This document shows positions 10,250 to 16,661 of a DNA stretch of 61,999 nt, piece after piece (within the stretch, counting starts at the first letter, position 1; every line of letters begins with the position of its first letter). The position numbers and the translations under genes were made by a program. A model generated the notes under the pieces. That model had not been told where the DNA came from, did no database searches, and saw only the letters and a program-made list of their open reading frames with translations. The DNA is from a virus (Duplodnaviria; Caudoviricetes). The stretch lies in IMG/VR virus record IMGVR_UViG_3300010413_000031, positions 1 to 61,999 of that record. One strand, given 5' to 3'.

Positions 10250-10577
10250 ACTGCCCGGAGCGCCCGGACGTTTCATCATCCGGCAGTGGCTCATCGTCAG
10301 GGACGAAGAGGTACAGGGGCGAGAGCAGGAGCTGCAGCGGGTAACCAGCAAGTGGCTGGAGGTACGTCTCCAGCTCCACAAGGAGCGGGCGCTGTGGAAC
10401 CACGAGCGGATGGAACTTCACCAGCAGGTTGGGGTACTAGAAGACCGGCTGCGTACCCTCGACCCAGGCAGTCGCCAGCACATACGCGAGCTGAGAGCCC
10501 GACGTAAGACTATCAACCAGATTAATGAGGCGTACAAGCATGCTCACGGAAAAGATCTACCTAAGCCCTCACTATAA
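10203..10577 (+). CDS. Hypothetical coiled-coil protein (start uncertain)
   Basis: 3' part of ORF 9951-10577 fills the gap between neighbours. Confidence 0.4.
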   Translation: MAIGRKATKLARLISRLPGAPGRFIIRQWLIVRDEEVQGREQELQRVTSKWLEVRLQLHKERALWNHERMELHQQVGVLEDRLRTLDPGSRQHIRELRARRKTINQINEAYKHAHGKDLPKPSL

Positions 10578-11625
10578 TAGTGTAGAGGAACTGGAGAAGG
10601 ATCTGGAGTGGTACTGGTCGGGCAGCCGCTTCGACAGCTACATGCACTGCTACAGGCGGGGCATGGTACAGTACGACAAGAAGCTTGAGCCCAAGGTGGA
10701 CGATACTCTCAACCTGGACGTCGGCACGGCCCTGCATGCTGCGCTGGCCGTCTACTACGCCTACGGCGGGAAGAAGGGTGGGTCGGTGGGTCGTGACATG
10801 GCGCTGCAAGCCCTGCTCATGACGCTGGAGGAAAGGGGAGGTTTACCCATCCTTCCTCCCGACGACAAGAACGCGCACATCACACCCGGCCACCTGCAGA
10901 TCATCCTCAAGAACTACTTCAAGTGGGCGGAGGCACACGATAGCATCGAGCCGGTCACAGTGACAGAGGACCAGCTCAATCTGGAGAACGTGCTGGGCGC
11001 CAGGTTCAAGTACACCCCCGAGGGGAAGATCGTGCTAGGAGAGAGTGCGATCATCATGCGGCTCACGGTCCAGCCGCCGTGGGAACCGTTCGGCTCCACT
11101 ATTCAGTATACCTATGCAGGCGTTCCTGACCTGCCCGTGACCATGCACGGTAGCGTCTACGTCATGGACCACAAGAGTACTGGTTGGAACCTCAGCTCTT
11201 ACTGGGCCAGCAAGTGGCGAGTGGACAACACGCTACGCGTTTACTGCGTCATGATCAGGGAGCTGCTCAGCCAATTGAACCTCAACATGCGTGGCATCCT
11301 AATCAATGCCATACATACAGGCAAGCAGGCAGCCAGGCCTGGGAGCAAGGCCAAGAAGTTCGAGCGGTACGGCCCGTGGAACTTCGATCCGGGCGCGCTC
11401 AAGGAGGCGCTGTGGAACCACGCGGCTGCTCTCCTCACACGCGAGTACTATCAGACGGCGCTGGGTGGGTACTTTCCACAGAGCACAGGGCTCTACTGTC
11501 CGGGCTGCCCAGCCAAGCACCTCTGTCATCAGGACCCAAAGATGCGTCCGGGTGTAGAAGTAGTCAACTACAGGCCGAAGAAGCACCGACACCTACTGGA
11601 GGTAAAGAATGATTCAGGTGAGTAG
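10540..11625 (+). CDS. PD-(D/E)XK exonuclease, Cas4/RecB-like
   Basis: SRFDSYMHC, GTALHAAL, GVPDL, VMDHKST, C-terminal CPGCPAKHLC. Confidence 0.85.
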   Translation: MLTEKIYLSPHYNSVEELEKDLEWYWSGSRFDSYMHCYRRGMVQYDKKLEPKVDDTLNLDVGTALHAALAVYYAYGGKKGGSVGRDMALQALLMTLEERGGLPILPPDDKNAHITPGHLQIILKNYFKWAEAHDSIEPVTVTEDQLNLENVLGARFKYTPEGKIVLGESAIIMRLTVQPPWEPFGSTIQYTYAGVPDLPVTMHGSVYVMDHKSTGWNLSSYWASKWRVDNTLRVYCVMIRELLSQLNLNMRGILINAIHTGKQAARPGSKAKKFERYGPWNFDPGALKEALWNHAAALLTREYYQTALGGYFPQSTGLYCPGCPAKHLCHQDPKMRPGVEVVNYRPKKHRHLLEVKNDSGE

Positions 11626-12538
11626 CGCGCAGGACGCTGGCCCGCATACGGGTGACAGTATAGTAGTCTGCGGTCCTCCCGGCACCGGGAAGAGCTGGTT
11701 CGCTGGCTCAATCCCCGAGGTCGAAGGGGCTGCCCCGGCCCTGCTGATAGCCACGCTCCCGCGTGAGATCAAGAGCAGCAAGTACCAGCAGCACAATCTG
11801 GACTATGTGCTGGTCCACGACCCGCAGTGGGAGCCCAGCAAGGGCAGTGTGAAGGGAGCCGACGGCTTCCTCAAGTTCACCGACCTCATGTCAGAGCTGA
11901 CCGAGGACACCAAGTACAAGACCATCATCATCGACAGCGGCACAGAGCTAGCCGAGATGGCCTGGCACTACGCCATGGTACCGCACAACGTGCCGACACC
12001 GGCCCTGATCGAGGGCGATAAGAACAGGTTCCTGCCCTACGAGACTCTGGGCCTCTACATGACGGAGGCCGTGCTCAAGGCCGTCAACCTGACCCTGCCT
12101 GCGGTTGCCAAGACGCCGAAGAATGTTATCTTCACCTGGCATTCTCGCACGCCACAGGAGGAGCAGCCCATCAAGGGTGGGGGTATGAAGCAGAGTGCCG
12201 ACCAGAAGAAGCAGGACGTGGAATATGAGGGCAAGATCCTGCCCGCCATTCGAGGGCAGTTTCGCACGCGCCTGATGCAGTATGTCAGCTCCTTCATCTG
12301 GTCCGATGCCCAGCTACGGTACGAGGGTGTCAAGGTAGCGGGCGTGGACTACGTGCTACAGGTGCAGAAGGATGCTGAGCGACATACCAAAGTACCTGGG
12401 CCGCAGCCCACAGTGAAGTACATACCCAACAACTTCCTTGCCTTCCGGCAGTTCCTCGACCACCAGAAGGAGCTGGAGAAGAAGATGACGTTGGACGAGA
12501 AGGGGGCAGGAAAGGTGATAGGAGGGCTCAAGCTGTGA
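11609..12538 (+). CDS. AAA ATPase (AAA_24/Sak4-like annealing protein)
   Basis: Walker A GPPGTGKS, Walker B IIIDSGTE; lies between the nuclease and SSB. Confidence 0.8.
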   Translation: MIQVSSAQDAGPHTGDSIVVCGPPGTGKSWFAGSIPEVEGAAPALLIATLPREIKSSKYQQHNLDYVLVHDPQWEPSKGSVKGADGFLKFTDLMSELTEDTKYKTIIIDSGTELAEMAWHYAMVPHNVPTPALIEGDKNRFLPYETLGLYMTEAVLKAVNLTLPAVAKTPKNVIFTWHSRTPQEEQPIKGGGMKQSADQKKQDVEYEGKILPAIRGQFRTRLMQYVSSFIWSDAQLRYEGVKVAGVDYVLQVQKDAERHTKVPGPQPTVKYIPNNFLAFRQFLDHQKELEKKMTLDEKGAGKVIGGLKL

Positions 12539-12639
12539 ACCTAGTGATCGCCATCATCTTCGGCCTGATTGGGGGACTGATCGGGGGCCTGATCGGGGAA
12601 CTCATACGCGCGCACGATCATTTTAACATATTCCCGTAG
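12535..12639 (+). CDS. Small membrane peptide with glycine zipper
   Basis: GTGA-coupled 34 aa ORF MNLVIAIIFGLIGGLIGGLIGELIR... Confidence 0.4.
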   Translation: MNLVIAIIFGLIGGLIGGLIGELIRAHDHFNIFP

Positions 12640-12751
12640 GGCGGAACCTTCGGGAGCGTGGGGTGTAGAAAGGGCTGGACACGGCTCCGAAGAGGGCGGG
12701 AGCCCCAGCTAACCACTCGGCCCTCACATTGCAATGTAGGAGGAGTATACC

Positions 12752-13264
12752 ATGTTGAAGGTACCCAAGGCTGTTGCGGATCAGGACTACCAGCTGTTTC
12801 CTGAGGGAGTGTATGCTGGCACGTTCGTCTTCAACACCGACAACAACAACGGCGAGGCCGGGACTGAGAACTGGCGCTTCAGTCTGCGGGTTGGGTTCAC
12901 CAACCTGAAGCCCGTCGACAACGAGACACCGGACCCGGATGGCCGTCCGTTCTCCAGCGACATTGTCGTTGTGTGGGACGGAGTGAGCCTGACCGCGCTG
13001 GACGACGAGCCGGAGAAGGTCACGGAGTTGCCGTTCCCGGCGGCCAAGGGCCTGTCTCTGCTGTGCCAGCTGGGCGAGGTCATGGGTGCGGCCCAGCGTG
13101 ACGAGGATGGCAATGTCATCTTCGAGAGCCTCGGCACGTTCGTGGACGAGGTTCGCGCCCACAAGTACGACGGCCGCCCGATTGCCGTCCAGGTTTCCCA
13201 CTACACGCCCAAGGGGCAGAAGCAGGCGAGGGACCAGATCGGGGGTCTCGCTTCCATCGACTAG
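12752..13264 (+). CDS. Single-stranded DNA-binding protein (DUF669-like OB fold)
   Basis: LFPEGVY start motif, acidic, follows the AAA ATPase; AGGAGG RBS. Confidence 0.65.
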   Translation: MLKVPKAVADQDYQLFPEGVYAGTFVFNTDNNNGEAGTENWRFSLRVGFTNLKPVDNETPDPDGRPFSSDIVVVWDGVSLTALDDEPEKVTELPFPAAKGLSLLCQLGEVMGAAQRDEDGNVIFESLGTFVDEVRAHKYDGRPIAVQVSHYTPKGQKQARDQIGGLASID

Positions 13265-13284
13265 CCTGTAACGGCCAATTGTGC

Positions 13285-13316
13285 AGAGGGGGTTGACACG
13301 GTCGGCCCCCTCTTTT
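13285..13316 (+). terminator. Intrinsic terminator after ssb, overlapping the tRNA promoter
   Basis: AGAGGGGGTTGAC-ACG-GTCGGCCCCCTCT-TTT hairpin. Confidence 0.55.
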
Positions 13317-13321
13317 AGTTT
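13293..13321 (+). promoter_or_regulatory. Sigma70-type promoter of the tRNA array
   Basis: TTGACA-17 bp-TAGTTT, 40 bp before the first tRNA. Confidence 0.75.
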
Positions 13322-13361
13322 GGGGGTCGTGGGGCAGTAAGCAGTATTCTCACACACTTAT

Positions 13362-13434
13362 GGGCCTGTGGCGCAACTGGGAGCGCAACGCCCTTGCAAG
13401 GCGAAGGTTGAGGGTTCGAGTCCCTCCTGGTCCA
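13362..13434 (+). tRNA. trnA: tRNA-Ala(UGC)
   Basis: Cloverleaf, G3:U70, anticodon TGC. Confidence 0.9.
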
Positions 13435-13438
13435 CTAC

Positions 13439-13521
13439 GTAGCGGCTGGCATGGGCGAGCCAAGCGGGCTGTAACCCCGTGGCCTCTGGTCTTAGTGGTT
13501 CGACTCCACTCTGCTACACCA
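13439..13521 (+). tRNA. trnY: tRNA-Tyr(GUA)
   Basis: Anticodon GTA, variable arm, encoded CCA. Confidence 0.85.
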
Positions 13522-13522
13522 T

Positions 13523-13604
13523 GGTCAGGTGGTGGAACTGGCAGACACGCAGGTCTCAGAAACCTGTGCCCTTGGGCGTGAGGGTTCGACCCCCTCCCTG
13601 ACTA
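13523..13604 (+). tRNA. trnL: tRNA-Leu(CAG)
   Basis: Anticodon CAG, long variable arm. Confidence 0.9.
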
Positions 13605-13608
13605 CTAA

Positions 13609-13680
13609 GCCTCCGAAGCACAGTGGATGTGCAACGGTCTCCTAAACCGAAGGACGCTGGTTCGACTCCAGCCGGAGGCT
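13609..13680 (+). tRNA. trnR: tRNA-Arg(CCU)
   Basis: Anticodon CCT. Confidence 0.9.
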
Positions 13681-13684
13681 CTTT

Positions 13685-13757
13685 AGCCCTGTGGCGCAGT
13701 GGTGAGCGCGTCTGTCTTACAAACAGAGGGTCGTCGGTTCGAATCCGACCGGGGCTA
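13685..13757 (+). tRNA. trnV: tRNA-Val(UAC)
   Basis: Anticodon TAC. Confidence 0.9.
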
Positions 13758-13760
13758 TAT

Positions 13761-13836
13761 GGGGCGGTCGTCTAGTGGCCAAGGATCTCGGGCCCTCAAC
13801 CCGAAGACCGGAGTTCGATCCTCCGTCGCCCTACCA
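13761..13836 (+). tRNA. trnE: tRNA-Glu(CUC)
   Basis: Loop CC-CTC-AA (C33), encoded CCA. Confidence 0.85.
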
Positions 13837-13837
13837 T

Positions 13838-13910
13838 GCGGCTGTAGCTCAGCTGGCAGAGCGTCACGTTGCCAACGTGAAGGTCGCGGGTTCAATCCCC
13901 GCTAGCCGCT
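13838..13910 (+). tRNA. trnG: tRNA-Gly(GCC)
   Basis: Anticodon GCC, U73. Confidence 0.9.
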
Positions 13911-13916
13911 CTTGAT

Positions 13917-13988
13917 GCGCTCGTAGCGTAACAGGAAACGTACCAGCCTTCCAAGCTGGGGTTGCCGGTTCGGTTCCGGCCGGGCGCT
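13917..13988 (+). tRNA. trnG: tRNA-Gly(UCC)
   Basis: Anticodon TCC, U73. Confidence 0.85.
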
Positions 13989-13992
13989 CTGA

Positions 13993-14066
13993 CCCTCGGT
14001 GACTGAGTGGATAAGCGCAGGTCTGCAAAGCCTGTAACGTGGGTTCGAATCCCACCCGAGGGTCCA
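13993..14066 (+). tRNA. trnC: tRNA-Cys(GCA)
   Basis: Anticodon GCA, U73, encoded CCA. Confidence 0.85.
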
Positions 14067-14067
14067 T

Positions 14068-14140
14068 GGGGGTATGGCGCAATTGGTAGCGCAGGTGGCT
14101 CTTACCCATCAGGTTGTAGGTTCGATCCCTACTGCCCCCT
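14068..14140 (+). tRNA. trnK: tRNA-Lys(CUU)
   Basis: Anticodon CTT. Confidence 0.85.
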
Positions 14141-14141
14141 C

Positions 14142-14216
14142 TGGCGCTTAGCTCAGTGGTAGAGCACTCGGCTTATATCCGAGCGGGCATGGGTTCGAAT
14201 CCCATAGCGCCCACCA
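14142..14216 (+). tRNA. trnI: tRNA-Ile(UAU)
   Basis: CTCGG-CT-TAT-AT-CCGAG anticodon arm, A73, encoded CCA. Confidence 0.85.
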
Positions 14217-14220
14217 ATAC

Positions 14221-14291
14221 TGGTGCTTGGCATAGTGGCCGTGCAGCCGGTTTTTACCCGGCAGAGAGGGGTTCGATTCCTCTAGCACCAA
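14221..14291 (+). tRNA. trnK: tRNA-Lys(UUU)
   Basis: Anticodon TTT. Confidence 0.85.
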
Positions 14292-14294
14292 TAG

Positions 14295-14366
14295 TGGCGT
14301 GTAGCTCAGCGGTAGAGCGTCCGTCTGATACGCGGGATGCCAGTGGTTCGAATCCACTCACGCCAA
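14295..14366 (+). tRNA. trnI: tRNA-Ile(GAU)
   Basis: Anticodon GAT. Confidence 0.9.
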
Positions 14367-14369
14367 TAC

Positions 14370-14444
14370 GGCACCTTAGCTCAGCGGTAGAGCGACTGGC
14401 TGTTAACCAGTGGGTCCATGGTTCGAATCCATGAGGTGTCGCCA
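14370..14444 (+). tRNA. trnN: tRNA-Asn(GUU)
   Basis: Anticodon GTT, G73, encoded CCA. Confidence 0.9.
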
Positions 14445-14445
14445 T

Positions 14446-14518
14446 GCCTTCGTGGTGTAACTGGCAGCACGCCTGTCTTGTAAACAGGTAGGTCGGGGTT
14501 CGAATCCTCGCGGGGGCT
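14446..14518 (+). tRNA. trnT: tRNA-Thr(UGU)
   Basis: Anticodon TGT. Confidence 0.9.
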
Positions 14519-14519
14519 C

Positions 14520-14595
14520 TGCAGGGTGGAGCAATGGTTAGCTCGCCTGGCTCATAACCAGGAGGTTGCGGGTTCGAGTCCCGTCCCTGCTACCA
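14520..14595 (+). tRNA. trnM: tRNA-Met(CAU), initiator-like
   Basis: Anticodon CAT, 1:72 mismatch, A11:U24; only two of the three GC pairs of the initiator anticodon stem. Confidence 0.85.
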
Positions 14596-14596
14596 C

Positions 14597-14671
14597 GGTC
14601 TCATAGGGGAGCTGGCCGTCCCCGCTGGCCTGTCACGCCGGAGATCGCGGGTTCGAATCCCGCTGGGACCG
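14597..14671 (+). tRNA. trnD: tRNA-Asp(GUC)
   Basis: Anticodon GTC, G73. Confidence 0.9.
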
Positions 14672-14676
14672 CCTAC

Positions 14677-14747
14677 GCAGGGCACGTTGGGGAACGTACC
14701 AGGCTCCAACCCTGGAAGAGTGGGTTCGACTCCTACGCCCTGTGCCA
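14677..14747 (+). tRNA. trnW: tRNA-Trp(CCA) with reduced D-arm
   Basis: Anticodon CCA, G73, encoded CCA; D-arm is only ACGTT-GGGG-AACGT. Confidence 0.75.
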
Positions 14748-14748
14748 T

Positions 14749-14820
14749 AGAGGCGTGGTGTAAGGGCAACACGCTTGGCTCTGAACCAAGAGATTGTAGG
14801 TTCGATCCCTACCGCCTCTT
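14749..14820 (+). tRNA. trnQ: tRNA-Gln(CUG)
   Basis: Anticodon CTG. Confidence 0.9.
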
Positions 14821-14824
14821 CTGT

Positions 14825-14911
14825 GGAAAGCGAGCAGCAAGGTGCGCAATCGGCTTGCTAAGCCGAGAGGGCCGTAAGGCTCGCTGGGTTCGATTCCCAG
14901 GCTTTCCTCCA
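14825..14911 (+). tRNA. trnS: tRNA-Ser(GCU)
   Basis: Anticodon GCT, long variable arm, encoded CCA. Confidence 0.8.
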
Positions 14912-14913
14912 TT

Positions 14914-14986
14914 CGGGAGCTGGCGCAATTGGCAGCGCACCTGGTTTGGGGCCAGGGGGTTCGGGGTTCAAGTCCCCGGTTCCCGA
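14914..14986 (+). tRNA. trnP: tRNA-Pro(UGG)
   Basis: C1:G72, anticodon TGG, A73. Confidence 0.9.
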
Positions 14987-14988
14987 CT

Positions 14989-15062
14989 GTGGCCATGGTG
15001 TAATGGTAGCCCACCGGGTCGTGACCCCGGAGGCGTGGGATCGAAACCCACTGGTCACCCCA
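14989..15062 (+). tRNA. trnH: tRNA-His(GUG)
   Basis: Anticodon GTG, C73, encoded CCA; atypical T-loop ATCGAAA. Confidence 0.8.
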
Positions 15063-15063
15063 A

Positions 15064-15146
15064 GGAAGGTAGGGCACGGTGGCGTGCAACTGGTCTAGAA
15101 AACCAGCCCGGCCTTACGGCTGAGGGTTCGACTCCTTTACCTTCCT
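15064..15146 (+). tRNA. trnS: tRNA-Ser(AGA)
   Basis: CTGGT-CT-AGA-AA-ACCAG anticodon arm, long variable arm. Confidence 0.75.
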
Positions 15147-15150
15147 CTAT

Positions 15151-15223
15151 GCCCCTATAGCTCAGAGGACTAGAGCGCGTGGCTACGGACCACGGTGCGA
15201 GGGTTCGAATCCTTCTAGGGGCT
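15151..15223 (+). tRNA. trnR: tRNA-Arg(ACG)
   Basis: Anticodon ACG. Confidence 0.9.
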
Positions 15224-15227
15224 CTCT

Positions 15228-15300
15228 GCGAAGGTAGCTCAGCTGGTAGAGCACTGGTCTGAAAAGCCAGGTGTCGGTGGTTCGAATCCACCCCTTCGTA
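15228..15300 (+). tRNA. trnF: tRNA-Phe(GAA)
   Basis: Anticodon GAA, A73. Confidence 0.9.
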
Positions 15301-15357
15301 CTAGGGGCAGGACGATGGGATTGGGGAGCGCGTCCCTTGGGCCCCACCAGCCGATGC

Positions 15358-15813
15358 TCAGCTAGTCGGTTCCGTTGACGCCACGGCTGTCCCTATTATC
15401 TTCTGGAGGTACACGGCGCCTTTGTAGGCCCACTCCGGATTTGCGGGGACATAATGACGGAAGCCACGACTGATCATGCAGTTGATACTGGCCACGTTCT
15501 CCAGCCAGGTGTACGTTACAATGCGCTGGAACCCTTCTTTCTTTGCCCATCTGAGGACTGTGTCCAACAGTCGCTTGCCCAGCCCCAGTCCCTGATATGG
15601 GGGCAACACTCCATATCTATGGAGGTAGAGGGCAGTCCCTTCCTGCATGAAGTCCCAAAGCTCAGTTGGGTAGAGAGAGGCAAAACCTACTGGTTCACCG
15701 CTCGCGTCCTTTACAAGCCAGTGATGACCGCCGTCGGGCATCTCGCTGTGGGGGAATATTAGCTGGTTCAGGGCCAGGATGGTTTGCCTGTCGTCTGTCT
15801 TACGAATCCGCAT
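15358..15813 (-). CDS. GNAT-family N-acetyltransferase
   Basis: Motif A VLPPYQGLGLGKRLL and ENVASINC...RGF; GGAGG RBS on the minus strand. Confidence 0.85.
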   Translation of the reverse strand: MRIRKTDDRQTILALNQLIFPHSEMPDGGHHWLVKDASGEPVGFASLYPTELWDFMQEGTALYLHRYGVLPPYQGLGLGKRLLDTVLRWAKKEGFQRIVTYTWLENVASINCMISRGFRHYVPANPEWAYKGAVYLQKIIGTAVASTEPTS

Positions 15814-15872
15814 GGAACCTCCGGGGGCTTGAGGGGTAGCATGGCCAGAGAAACCTAACCGGAGAGGGAGCG

Positions 15873-16097
15873 ATGTGCAACGAGTGCAAGTGGCAGGATG
15901 TTTCCGACCTTATTGACGCGATGGCCAAGGACCCGGAAGGACGTTGGGCATGGGCCGAGGAGACATTGGAGGGGATCGACGGCTGGCTGGTGGACAATGA
16001 GCACGTCACCCCACGCCAGAGATCCGCAGTCCAGAACATCCACCAGGCAGGACTAAGGGAGAAGCCAGACAAGTGGAAGAAGAAGGGGAAGGCGTAA
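15873..16097 (+). CDS. Hypothetical protein
   Basis: GGAG RBS, 74 aa. Confidence 0.55.
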   Translation: MCNECKWQDVSDLIDAMAKDPEGRWAWAEETLEGIDGWLVDNEHVTPRQRSAVQNIHQAGLREKPDKWKKKGKA

Positions 16098-16255
16098 TGC
16101 TGGGCTTTATATGTATCCTGCTGATCCGGCTGGGTGTGCTGGTGCCCGAGACGTTGCTCTATGAGCTGAGCATCCCATTTATTACAGCCAGCTGCCTAAT
16201 CGGCCTTGCATGGCTGGGGTGGGCGCTGTCGTTGCTGGGGGACCTCCATGGCTAG
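16097..16255 (+). CDS. Small membrane protein
   Basis: TAATG coupling, two hydrophobic segments. Confidence 0.45.
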   Translation: MLGFICILLIRLGVLVPETLLYELSIPFITASCLIGLAWLGWALSLLGDLHG

Positions 16256-16661
16256 CGGAGCAGCCAACATCCAGCGTACACTCCGGGAGCTGGAGCGTAG
16301 AGGGTGGGACGCTCAATCCGTCGAGTGTTACATAGCAGCGGCCCGGCGCACCCGAGACCTGTTCGGGTTCGGGGACGTGCTGGCCTTCGAGCGTGGGAAC
16401 ATCTACATCATACAGGTCACATCCTACTCCGGCCTGTCCGCACGTAAGCGGAAGATACTGGAGTCGGAAGTGGCCAGAGCATGGGTGGGGGAGGCGGGCG
16501 GTAGGATACTCCTGCACGGGTGGAGGCGAGGCAAGCCACCTAAGGGCAGGAAGCGAGGTAAGTGGCAGCTTACTGAGAGGGAGATTACGGACGGTGACTT
16601 CTACGAAAGTAGGGCCCGAGCTAAACGCAAGAAGTCCGGGAAGGGTGCTGCTCGTAGGTAG
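16248..16661 (+). CDS. PD-(D/E)XK nuclease / Holliday-junction resolvase-like
   Basis: RDLFGFGDVLAF...IIQVTS pattern. Confidence 0.65.
   Translation: MASGAANIQRTLRELERRGWDAQSVECYIAAARRTRDLFGFGDVLAFERGNIYIIQVTSYSGLSARKRKILESEVARAWVGEAGGRILLHGWRRGKPPKGRKRGKWQLTEREITDGDFYESRARAKRKKSGKGAARR

Noticed and set aside
9674-11625. CRISPR-Cas adaptation module (Cas4-like genes)
   Set aside because: No cas1/cas2 or array; the context (AAA ATPase, SSB) is a phage recombination module
15064-15146. Amber suppressor reading of the CTAGAAA loop, or stop-codon recoding
   Set aside because: The stem places AGA at positions 34-36; TAG, TGA and TAA all end genes cleanly with coupled downstream starts
13360-15291. 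ORFs called across the tRNA array
   Set aside because: They overlap well-formed tRNA genes and are spurious translations
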